A DNA stretch of 64,000 bases, taken from assembly GCA_039630545.1 (NCBI GenBank), contig JBCNUU010000005.1:32001-96000 (forward strand), written 5' to 3'. How positions within the stretch are numbered: position 1 is the first letter of the stretch; every line of letters starts with the position of its first letter. The DNA comes from Endomicrobiia bacterium (GTDB lineage Bacteria; Elusimicrobiota; Endomicrobiia; DTEH01). This document shows positions 1-8,242 of the stretch, piece by piece. Below the pieces are notes generated by a model that was not told the origin of the DNA, did not search any database, and saw only the letters and a program-made list of their open reading frames with translations. Position numbers and translations under genes: made by a program.

Positions 1-570
1 TATATCTAATGGCGTTTCTGCTATTATTGAGTGTCCACAAGAAAATGCAGATAAAGAAATTGTTTTGTAATTTTCTTTTACAGCCATACCCACAAGTATT
101 TTTTCGTTTTTTGTCAATTCGCATACTAAAGGTAGAATTTCCATGTCTTTTTCTATATGATTACAACCTAAAATTATTAAAGGTAATTGAGTTGTGTTTA
201 AAACTTCTGGAATGAAGTTTATTAAATATTCTCTGGAGTTATTTTTTGTGTCAGGATGGCAAGAAAACAATCTTATGCATATAGCATCTGGTTCGGTTTT
301 TTCTATTTCTTTTATCCATTTTAGAGGGTCTGTGACTATATCTTTAAATTCTTCATAAAATGTAGGCCATAGATCTTCAGGTAAATAATCCAGAACTTCA
401 GCTGCTATTATGGGTTTGTTAGGAATGTTTCCTTCAAATTCTAGAAAAGGTAGAGTTTTTTGTCCTCCAACTTTGATGACTTTGTTGCGACTTCCTCCTT
501 CTTCTTTTGTAGCACCAATTGTAACTGTGAATATTTCTGATGAGTACTTTTCTATCAAGTATTCCACCAT
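1..570 (-). CDS. acsD: Corrinoid Fe-S protein small subunit (AcsD/CdhD), 3' end runs off the window
   Basis: Not in the ORF track. Manual translation from ATG at 570 gives MVEYLIEKYSSEIFTVTIGATKEEGGSRNKVIKVGGQKTLPFLEFEGNIPNKPIIAAEV...GHSIIAETPLDI, the typical AcsD N-terminus, open to the window edge. Confidence 0.9.
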   Translation of the reverse strand, partial: MVEYLIEKYSSEIFTVTIGATKEEGGSRNKVIKVGGQKTLPFLEFEGNIPNKPIIAAEVLDYLPEDLWPTFYEEFKDIVTDPLKWIKEIEKTEPDAICIRLFSCHPDTKNNSREYLINFIPEVLNTTQLPLIILGCNHIEKDMEILPLVCELTKNEKILVGMAVKENYKTISLSAFSCGHSIIAETPLDI

Positions 571-592
571 ACAATTTAAATTCTACTTTTTG

Positions 593-1543
593 TTAACTAA
601 AAATTTTATATCCTTCTATATGAAACCCAAGTTGAATTTTTAATAGATGTAGTAAATTTTTTGCTAAAATGCAAGTTGTTACAGAACCTACTCCCCCCGG
701 AACTGGTGTAATAAAAGATGCTTTCTTAGAAACATTTTCAAAATCAACATCTCCTACAATTTTAGTTTTTGGTTTACCTGATTTTTCATCAATGATTTCT
801 TTACCATTTTCATCTAAAACTTTTATTTTATTTATCCCCACATCTATAACTACAGCTCCATCTTTTACCATATCAGCAGTAATAAAGTTTGGTTTTCCCA
901 CTGCTACAATTAGAATTTCAGCACGTCTTGTGTGTTCTTGTAGATTTTTGGTTGCAATGTGGCATACAGTTGGAGTTGCTGAACTTAAAAGTGAAGACAG
1001 TAACATAAGCAAAATCGGTTTTCCAACTATTTCTGAATGGCCAACAATTACAGTTTCTTTACCTTTAAGTTCGATACCCGTTTCTTTTAAACATTCTATT
1101 ACTGATAGTGCAGTACACGGCGCAACAGTTAATGGTACTTCTGCATAAAAAAGTTTACCTAAGTTTTCTGCTGTAATTCCTTCTATGTCTTTGATTGGAG
1201 ATATTTTGTTTTGAAGATGTCTTTGATTAAGATGTTGTGGTAAAGGTAAATTTAACATTATAGCGTTAGTGGTAGGATCTAAATTGAGATTTGTTATTAA
1301 TTGTTCTATTTCTTGTTGAGTCGCATTTTCTTTAAGTTGGATAATTTCAATTTTTATTCCCAATTCTTCAAATATTTTGCATTGGTTGTTAACATATACT
1401 TTTGTTGCAGGATTTTCTCCTACAATTATAGAAGCTACTTTGGGAGTAAACTTAGATTTGTTTTTTATTTCTTCTATTCCAGATTTTACTTCTAATTTTA
1501 TTTTTTCTGCAATTTTTACTCCGTCTATAATTTTTGCTAGCAT
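593..1543 (-). CDS. folD: Methylene-THF dehydrogenase/methenyl-THF cyclohydrolase
   Basis: IIDG N-terminus, PCT, VGHSEIVGKP, VIDVGIN, VGDVDF and ITPVPGGVG motifs. Confidence 0.95.
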   Translation of the reverse strand: MLAKIIDGVKIAEKIKLEVKSGIEEIKNKSKFTPKVASIIVGENPATKVYVNNQCKIFEELGIKIEIIQLKENATQQEIEQLITNLNLDPTTNAIMLNLPLPQHLNQRHLQNKISPIKDIEGITAENLGKLFYAEVPLTVAPCTALSVIECLKETGIELKGKETVIVGHSEIVGKPILLMLLSSLLSSATPTVCHIATKNLQEHTRRAEILIVAVGKPNFITADMVKDGAVVIDVGINKIKVLDENGKEIIDEKSGKPKTKIVGDVDFENVSKKASFITPVPGGVGSVTTCILAKNLLHLLKIQLGFHIEGYKIFS

Positions 1544-1577
1544 ATTTTTTCCTTAATTATTATTTTATTAAATTACC

Positions 1578-2444
1578 TTATTTTCTAGGCTCAACATGTA
1601 CGGTTATTTCTTTGATCTGTGGGTTAAAACTTTTTAATATCTTTTTTACTTCTTCGGCTATATTATGAGCTTCTTCTAAAGTTAAATCTTTGTCTACTTC
1701 TATTTCTGTTTCAATAAAAAAGTGTCTTCCAACTCGATGAATTCTTGTAGAATAAGAATTTTCTACACCATTTACAGAAGCTATTAGATTATCAATTTCA
1801 GTTTTCATTTTTTCAGATGGTAAAGTATCCATAATTATTAGCATATTTTCTTTCAATATATCTATGCCCATTTTAAAAATAAAAATAGAAATTATAATAC
1901 TTCCTATGGCATCCATTGCTAAAACTCCAGATTTTGTGGCGATTATTGCAAATAAAGCACCTACTGAAGAAAAAGCATCAGACCTGTGATGATATGCATT
2001 TGCTGTTATTACAGGTGAATTTAATTTTTTGCCTACCAGAAATGTGTATCTGAAAAGTAATTCTTTTACGATTATAGAAATGATGGCTGCATATATTGTT
2101 ATAGTTTTAGGAATGCTGTAGTGTTTATGGATTAATATATGTATTGCAGAGTAGCCAAGAAATATTCCTGTAATAAGAATCAAAAAAGAAACAAAAATTG
2201 CGGATATAACTTCTATATTACCATGACCATAAGGATGATTCTTGTCAGCCGGCTTTTGTGAAAGATGAAGTGATAAATATACAATTATCGTTGCTATTTC
2301 ATCAGATAGTGAATGAAGTGCATCGGCGATTAGTGTCTGACTTTTACCTAAAATTCCTACTAAAAACTTTCCAACAGTAAGAAAAAAATTAACTATTAAT
2401 CCTATTGTTGTGCAAGTCTTATCGTTAGAAAAATTTATTTTCAT
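1578..2444 (-). CDS. Cation diffusion facilitator (FieF-like) metal exporter
   Basis: ADALHSLSD, HPYGHG, HHRSD and C-terminal VHVEP motifs; multiple TM segments. Confidence 0.9.
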   Translation of the reverse strand: MKINFSNDKTCTTIGLIVNFFLTVGKFLVGILGKSQTLIADALHSLSDEIATIIVYLSLHLSQKPADKNHPYGHGNIEVISAIFVSFLILITGIFLGYSAIHILIHKHYSIPKTITIYAAIISIIVKELLFRYTFLVGKKLNSPVITANAYHHRSDAFSSVGALFAIIATKSGVLAMDAIGSIIISIFIFKMGIDILKENMLIIMDTLPSEKMKTEIDNLIASVNGVENSYSTRIHRVGRHFFIETEIEVDKDLTLEEAHNIAEEVKKILKSFNPQIKEITVHVEPRK

Positions 2445-2710
2445 CCAAGGTTGTATCTTTTTCTAATTGGTTCTTTTACATCCCATACACATTTAAGTCC
2501 CTTCGGGAAACTTACAAGATCACCTTTTTTAATTTCGTATTTCCCATTTTCCGTTTCAACAATTACTTTTCCCTCTAATATATAACAAGTTTCATCTTCA
2601 TCATATTCCCAATTAAACTTTGATATTTCACATTCCCATATTGGCCAGCTATTGACTTTTAGTTTTTCAAGTTCTTCTTTTGTAGGTTGTTTTATTTTTA
2701 TTTCTTTCAT
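2441..2710 (-). CDS. Small cupin (Cupin_3/DUF861 type)
   Basis: WPIWECE..F.WEY..DETCYILEG.V...GDLVSFPKGLKC.WDV pattern. Confidence 0.8.
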   Translation of the reverse strand: MKEIKIKQPTKEELEKLKVNSWPIWECEISKFNWEYDEDETCYILEGKVIVETENGKYEIKKGDLVSFPKGLKCVWDVKEPIRKRYNLG

Positions 2711-2750
2711 AAAAATAACTCCTTTTAAAATGATTCCCCTATATTTAGAT

Positions 2751-4049
2751 TTATTTTCCTATTAGAAGATAAACAATAAAGATACTACTTAAAATCCACA
2801 TCGTTGGACTTATTTCTTTGAATTTACCGGAAAATATTTTTAATAAGGTGTAGCTTAAAATACCAAATATTAAACCGTTTGCTATACTATAAGTAAATGG
2901 CATTATAATCATGGTTAAAAATGCTGGAAGAACCTCAGTAATATCCTCAAAGTTTATTTTTAAAACAGGTTCAAGCATCATAAGTCCAACAATCACTAAA
3001 GCAGGAGCTGTTGCTTCCTTTGGTATAGCGCTAGCTAATGGCCAGAAAAATAAGGATAACAAAAATAAAATGCCTACAGTAACAGCAGTAACACCTGTTT
3101 TCCCACCTTCTGAGATACCAGCAGCACTTTCTATGTAAGTAGTCACAGTTGAAGTGCCAAATATAGCACCTAACATTGTAGCTATAGAGTCACATATTAA
3201 AACTCGTCCTACTCTTGGGAAACTTCCATCTTTTTGTATTATTCCAAGTTTTGCAGCAAGCCCAACAATTGTTCCTAAAGTATCAAACATATCTACAAAG
3301 GTAAATGTAAAAATTACAGCTATAAGTCCGAGTTTTATTGCTTCCAGAATTTTAAGTTTAAATAAAGTGTAAGAAAATACTTCTAAAGAAGGAAATGCTA
3401 AAAATTTCTCTGGTAATTTCGTAAGTTTACTTCCATCAGGTAGTTTTATAAATATTCCTATAAAAGTAAGAATAAGTATTGTCCATAAAAGTGCTCCTTT
3501 TACTTTCTTTGCTATTAAAAATCCTGCTAAAAGTATACCCAAAGTTGCTAGCATTACTGAACCTAATTTTATATCACCAAAAGTTATCATGGTATCCTTA
3601 GAAGCTACCACAATTCCTGCATGTTGAAGTCCTATTAGTGCTATAAACAGACCAATTCCAGCACTCACAGCATATTTAAGATTTAAAGGAATACCTTTTA
3701 CAATTTCTTGTCTTACAGGAAGAACAGAAAGAATAAAAAACAAAGCTCCGTCTAAAAAAACAGCTCCTAAAGCCACCTCCCATGGTAATTTCATGCCAAT
3801 ACATACACTATATGCAAAATATGCATTTAATCCCATACCTGGTGCTAAAGCAAACGGATGCTTTGCATAAAGTCCCATAAGTATACAGGCTAACCCACTG
3901 GACAACGCAGTTGCCATCATTACGGCGTGTCTGTCCATTCCGCAGTCAAAAAGGATAGCAGAGTTGACAAATAAAATATATGACATGGTCATAAAAGTAG
4001 TTACACCTGCGATTATTTCTGTTTTTAGTTGTTCTGTTATTATTTTCAT
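2751..4049 (-). CDS. NCS2/AzgA-family purine (guanine/hypoxanthine/adenine) permease
   Basis: EIIAGVTTFMTMSYI, APGMGLNAYF, DMFDTLGT, TTYIESAAG and PFTYSIANG motifs. Confidence 0.9.
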   Translation of the reverse strand: MKIITEQLKTEIIAGVTTFMTMSYILFVNSAILFDCGMDRHAVMMATALSSGLACILMGLYAKHPFALAPGMGLNAYFAYSVCIGMKLPWEVALGAVFLDGALFFILSVLPVRQEIVKGIPLNLKYAVSAGIGLFIALIGLQHAGIVVASKDTMITFGDIKLGSVMLATLGILLAGFLIAKKVKGALLWTILILTFIGIFIKLPDGSKLTKLPEKFLAFPSLEVFSYTLFKLKILEAIKLGLIAVIFTFTFVDMFDTLGTIVGLAAKLGIIQKDGSFPRVGRVLICDSIATMLGAIFGTSTVTTYIESAAGISEGGKTGVTAVTVGILFLLSLFFWPLASAIPKEATAPALVIVGLMMLEPVLKINFEDITEVLPAFLTMIIMPFTYSIANGLIFGILSYTLLKIFSGKFKEISPTMWILSSIFIVYLLIGK

Positions 4050-4675
4050 ATCTTTATTTTTTGTAAAACTTTTTTTGTGATTATTTTTGCGTCGGTTATT
4101 ATTCTTTTAATTTGTTTTTTCTTTTCAACTACAAAAGATGTTTTCGGAAGATTTTTTAGGTTAATTACCACATTATACTTTGCAGCCTGTATTCCTGCAA
4201 GTAAAAATATAACTCCACAAGCAATGTCTGTTATTAAATTTTGATTTCCTATTTTTAGTAATCTTTCTGAATAGGAAATACATTTATGTGATAAATCCAT
4301 AACATCAAATGCAACTTTTGCTGCTTCTTCACATGCTAATTTTATTTGTTTGTTTCTTATTTCAATATCCAGTGGTGTATTTTTGGGCAGTTTATATGCT
4401 TTTGAGACTTCTAGGTAAGCTTGTACATCTTTGTCAACATATTGTTGAAGTTCTTTTTTAAGTTGATTTAGTTCTTCAATGATTTTTTTTATTTCCTGTT
4501 GGTGTTGTTCATAACCTTTTTTATTAACAGTAAAATTTGCCACCATTAAAAGACAACTAACTCCTGCAGATGCTACTAAAGCTGCAGCTGAACCACCGCC
4601 AGGTGCCGGAAGGTTGGATGCAAGGTCATTTAAGTAGTTTTCTATTGTATTAAGAATATATTGTGATTTTTCCAT
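4046..4675 (-). CDS. fchA: Cyclodeaminase/methenyl-THF cyclohydrolase (FTCD_C family)
   Basis: LAS..PAPGGGSAAA, GNQNLITD and YNVVINL motifs; WLP context. Confidence 0.85.
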   Translation of the reverse strand: MEKSQYILNTIENYLNDLASNLPAPGGGSAAALVASAGVSCLLMVANFTVNKKGYEQHQQEIKKIIEELNQLKKELQQYVDKDVQAYLEVSKAYKLPKNTPLDIEIRNKQIKLACEEAAKVAFDVMDLSHKCISYSERLLKIGNQNLITDIACGVIFLLAGIQAAKYNVVINLKNLPKTSFVVEKKKQIKRIITDAKIITKKVLQKIKI

Positions 4676-4687
4676 ATAAGTTTTTTT

Positions 4688-5572
4688 CTACAGTCCACAT
4701 AAATTCAGTAAATTAGGAACTTTATCATTCCACCCAAGTGGCATTATATGGATTCCGTTACAATATGATTTTATATCTTTTATTATTTTTGCTGCAATTT
4801 CTATACCTGTTTGTCCTGATTTTGTTTTTTCTTTGTCTTTTTTTAGTTCTTCAATTAGGTATTCTGGAACATTTACCCCTGCAAGATTTTCATTCATAAA
4901 TTTTGCCATGCCAGCAGATTTAAGGATGGTTATTCCAGCCATTATAGGTATTTCCCCAAAATTTTTTCTTACAATTTCCATAAACTTAATAAATTTATCC
5001 GGGTTAAATATAAGCTGAGTTTGAAAAAATTCAGCGCCTGCTTTTATTTTTTTTTCCATCTTAAATAATTGGGGGTCGAGTGGTTCTGCTTCTGGAGAAA
5101 CCACAGCACCTATACAGAAACTCGGAGGATCGCCTTCAAGTTTATTGCCAGCAATATCATATCCTTCCATTAAACGTTTTACTGTGTAAATTAATGATAC
5201 GCTATCTAAATCAAACACAGGTTTGGCATCTTTATGGTCACCTAATACTACATGATCTCCTGTAAGCAACAAAAGATTTTCTATTCCAAAATAGGCAGCG
5301 TTGAGAATATCTGATTGAAGAGCTAGTCTGTTTCTATCACGACAGGTAAGCTGATATATTGGCTCAAAGCCGTGTTGTTTAAGTGTAATACACATACCAA
5401 GAGAACCAAATTTCATAACTGAAGATTGGTTGTCTGTTACATTTATAGCATCAACTTTATCCTTTAGATATTTTTTTATCTCTTCAATTAGGTGCCCAAT
5501 TTGCCATCCTTTAGGGGGACCGATTTCAGAAGTGATTACAAATTTTTTCAAAAATAAATCTTTTAATTTCAT
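4688..5572 (-). CDS. metF: Methylene-THF reductase catalytic subunit
   Basis: EIGPPKG, VTDNQ, TCRDRNR, LTGDH, FFQTQ and GIHIM motifs. Confidence 0.93.
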   Translation of the reverse strand: MKLKDLFLKKFVITSEIGPPKGWQIGHLIEEIKKYLKDKVDAINVTDNQSSVMKFGSLGMCITLKQHGFEPIYQLTCRDRNRLALQSDILNAAYFGIENLLLLTGDHVVLGDHKDAKPVFDLDSVSLIYTVKRLMEGYDIAGNKLEGDPPSFCIGAVVSPEAEPLDPQLFKMEKKIKAGAEFFQTQLIFNPDKFIKFMEIVRKNFGEIPIMAGITILKSAGMAKFMNENLAGVNVPEYLIEELKKDKEKTKSGQTGIEIAAKIIKDIKSYCNGIHIMPLGWNDKVPNLLNLCGL

Positions 5573-5588
5573 TTGTGTTTATATTTTA

Positions 5589-6188
5589 TTATATAAAAAT
5601 TTGTTTATTAAGTAAATCTAATTTATTTAAATTTTTCAATTTTAAAATAATTTTCTCCCAGCCACAATCTTTTGTTTTGTCAACTTCACATTTTCCATTT
5701 TTTGCACCACCACATGGTCCGTTAAGTAAAGATTTAGAACAGCTTGTAATGGGACATATAGTGCCTGTGTAGTTAAGATAACAGCTGCCACACAAAGCAC
5801 AATCAAATTTTCCCTCATATGGAAGATTGTATCCCTTGTATCCTGTAAGATAAAAAGTATTACAAATCCCAAATACTTTCTTTTCAGATACTAAAGAAGA
5901 TAAAGTTGCCACACCTATGCCGCATGAAAATATAATTAAAGCATCCTGGTTTTCTATTTCTTTAGATAGAAAAGATAGGTATTTGTTTACATAATCTATG
6001 TTACATATATAATCTAAAATTTCCACAGTAACTTTATGCTTTTTTTCCAAGATTTTAGAGTAATTCAGAGCATCTTTAATTGAAACATATACCTCATTGC
6101 AACCATTACATATAAGATAAAACAATTTTTCGTAAGGCTGAACAATATCTAAAATTTCTTTTTCCGGTTTAGGTTTTGTTATAAACAT
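5589..6188 (-). CDS. metV: Methylene-THF reductase Fe-S/Zn subunit MetV
   Basis: SCGIGV, CALCGSCYL..TGTICPIT.CSKSLLNGPCGG...GKCE....CGW motifs; directly upstream of metF. Confidence 0.9.
   Translation of the reverse strand: MFITKPKPEKEILDIVQPYEKLFYLICNGCNEVYVSIKDALNYSKILEKKHKVTVEILDYICNIDYVNKYLSFLSKEIENQDALIIFSCGIGVATLSSLVSEKKVFGICNTFYLTGYKGYNLPYEGKFDCALCGSCYLNYTGTICPITSCSKSLLNGPCGGAKNGKCEVDKTKDCGWEKIILKLKNLNKLDLLNKQIFI
5649..5741. repeat. 93-bp exact direct repeat, copy 1 (inside metV)
   Basis: Base-for-base identical to 7616-7708; encodes CSKSLLNGPCGGAKNGKCEVDKTKDCGWEKI. Confidence 0.95.
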
Positions 6189-6196
6189 AGTTAGTT

Positions 6197-8194
6197 TTAT
6201 TCCATAATAGATTTTTCTTTTTTAATGATGTCTACTATTGGAATTTTAGAAGAACATACATATTGACAACATCCACACTCTATGCATGTTTTTATATTGT
6301 ACCTATTAGCTTCTGATAAACTGCCCTTTTGGTAGCACTTTACAAACTCTAAAGGTTCAAGTTCCATAGGACATACATCCACACATCTTCCACATTTAAT
6401 GCATTTGTTTTGGTGGTTTTCTTCTATATATTTTTTTATTATTAAAATACCATTACACCCTTTAATTATAGAAGTAGTAAAGTCTTCTATCTCAGTTCCT
6501 GTCATATACCCTCCATATTTTATTTTAAACTCATCTGTTAAAAATTCTTTATTGTAGCATTTTTGCAAAATGTCTTTAAGCACGGTTCCTATTTTGATTT
6601 TGTAGTTGCCATATTCTTTTTTTATTTTTTCTTCTCCTGAGATGGTGACTATTCTTTCTATAAGTGGCAATCCTTTTACTACAGCATTATATATCGCAAA
6701 TACTGTTGATACATTCTGGACAAGAAATCCAAAATCCAATGGTATTTTATCATACGGTATATAAACATTAAAGAGTTTTTTTATTAAGATTTTCTCAGCG
6801 CCGTGAGGATATTTTGTTTTGAGTACAACTATTTCAACTCCTTCAGGTTTTATCTCGTTTAATTTCTGTATTGCCTGGGGTTTGTTGTCTTCTATAACAA
6901 GCAGAATTTTTTTTGGTTCAATAAGATATTTTATTATTTTAACACCTTCAAAAACTTCTTCTGAGTGTTCTATCATAATTCTATTATCAGCGTTTAAGTA
7001 AGGTTCACATTCACAACCATTTATTATTAGAGTATGTATAGGTTTTGGAGGCTGCAATTTTACATGGGTAGGAAACACGGCTCCACCTAATCCTACAATA
7101 CCTGCTTCTGAAATTGCTTCTATTATTTGTTGTTTTGGAAGTTTTGTCCACTCAGAGCATGGTTTTATTTCATCTGTTATGTTTTCTTTGAAGTCGTTTT
7201 CTATCACTACAGCAGGCAGTTTTTTTTGTAGTTTAGGATGGAGTACTTCTTTAAATCCTAAAACTTTTCCACTTACAGGAGAGTGTAAGTTTGAAGAAAT
7301 AAGTCCATCTTTTTTTGCGATTTTTTGTCCGATTTTTACATAATCGCCTTCTTTGACTAGAGGAATAGATGGTTTTCCTGTGTGTTGTAAAAGAAATAAA
7401 GTTAAAAATTGTGTTTCTGGGAATTTCTTAATTGCGATGTCTTCTGTAATTTCTTTTTTTTCAACAGGGTGAACCCCACCATAAAAATTATTTATTCTTA
7501 TTTCTAAATTGTTATCTACATTTTGTTTATGTTGAGAATAATTCATTATATTATGGTTTCTTATCAGCACACTATTCATAAAAGAAGTTAAATCTTCATT
7601 TTCTAATTTTTTGCAAATTTTCTCCCAGCCACAATCTTTTGTTTTGTCAACTTCACATTTTCCATTTTTTGCACCACCACATGGTCCGTTAAGTAAAGAT
7701 TTAGAACAATAAACTATAGGACAGATACCTTTCGTATAATTAAGATAACATTCACCACAGGTTGCACAAAAGGTTAAATTGTTTAGGTTTATGCCATGCT
7801 GAATTACTCCAGCAGTAGAGTTATAGGAGGGCTGAACTGAATCTGTAAAGGATATGGTTTCTTTTGGAACAATATCAGCTACAAACTGTACACCAATTCC
7901 ACAACTTACTACACCAACAACCTCTACATAAGGATAATCGTTGTAAGCAGTAATGATTTTCTGTTTGTTAAAATAAGAATTGCATAAAAAATTTAGTTTA
8001 AGACAAAACAATAAATTCTTATTACGAGTAGTCAGAAGGTTGATGATTTCTTTACATTGGTAAGAAAAATTTTCTAATGATAACTTCTCATAGCATCCAT
8101 TACAAATAACTATTCCGATATTATTTTTATCTTTTATAAGTTCTAAAATTTCATTTTCTGGTTTAGTTTTAAATTTTATAAAATTTACCCTCAT
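6197..8194 (-). CDS. rnfC2: RnfC2-type protein: N-terminal MetV-like domain fused to an RnfC/RsxC NADH/FMN/Fe-S domain
   Basis: Roughly aa 1-200 are MetV-like (SCGIGVQ, CATCGEC, CSKSLLNGPCGG). The rest is RnfC-like (FYGGVHP, QHTG, HSPVSG, GIVGLGGAVFPT, INGCECEPYL, CIKCGRCVDVCP, CIECGCCQYVC). Confidence 0.88.
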   Translation of the reverse strand: MRVNFIKFKTKPENEILELIKDKNNIGIVICNGCYEKLSLENFSYQCKEIINLLTTRNKNLLFCLKLNFLCNSYFNKQKIITAYNDYPYVEVVGVVSCGIGVQFVADIVPKETISFTDSVQPSYNSTAGVIQHGINLNNLTFCATCGECYLNYTKGICPIVYCSKSLLNGPCGGAKNGKCEVDKTKDCGWEKICKKLENEDLTSFMNSVLIRNHNIMNYSQHKQNVDNNLEIRINNFYGGVHPVEKKEITEDIAIKKFPETQFLTLFLLQHTGKPSIPLVKEGDYVKIGQKIAKKDGLISSNLHSPVSGKVLGFKEVLHPKLQKKLPAVVIENDFKENITDEIKPCSEWTKLPKQQIIEAISEAGIVGLGGAVFPTHVKLQPPKPIHTLIINGCECEPYLNADNRIMIEHSEEVFEGVKIIKYLIEPKKILLVIEDNKPQAIQKLNEIKPEGVEIVVLKTKYPHGAEKILIKKLFNVYIPYDKIPLDFGFLVQNVSTVFAIYNAVVKGLPLIERIVTISGEEKIKKEYGNYKIKIGTVLKDILQKCYNKEFLTDEFKIKYGGYMTGTEIEDFTTSIIKGCNGILIIKKYIEENHQNKCIKCGRCVDVCPMELEPLEFVKCYQKGSLSEANRYNIKTCIECGCCQYVCSSKIPIVDIIKKEKSIME
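7616..7708. repeat. 93-bp exact direct repeat, copy 2 (inside the rnfC2 MetV-like domain)
   Basis: Identical to 5649-5741. Confidence 0.95.
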
Positions 8195-8242
8195 TTCAGT
8201 TATTCAAAATTTATGCGAACCAATATCCAGCTTTAAGATAAA

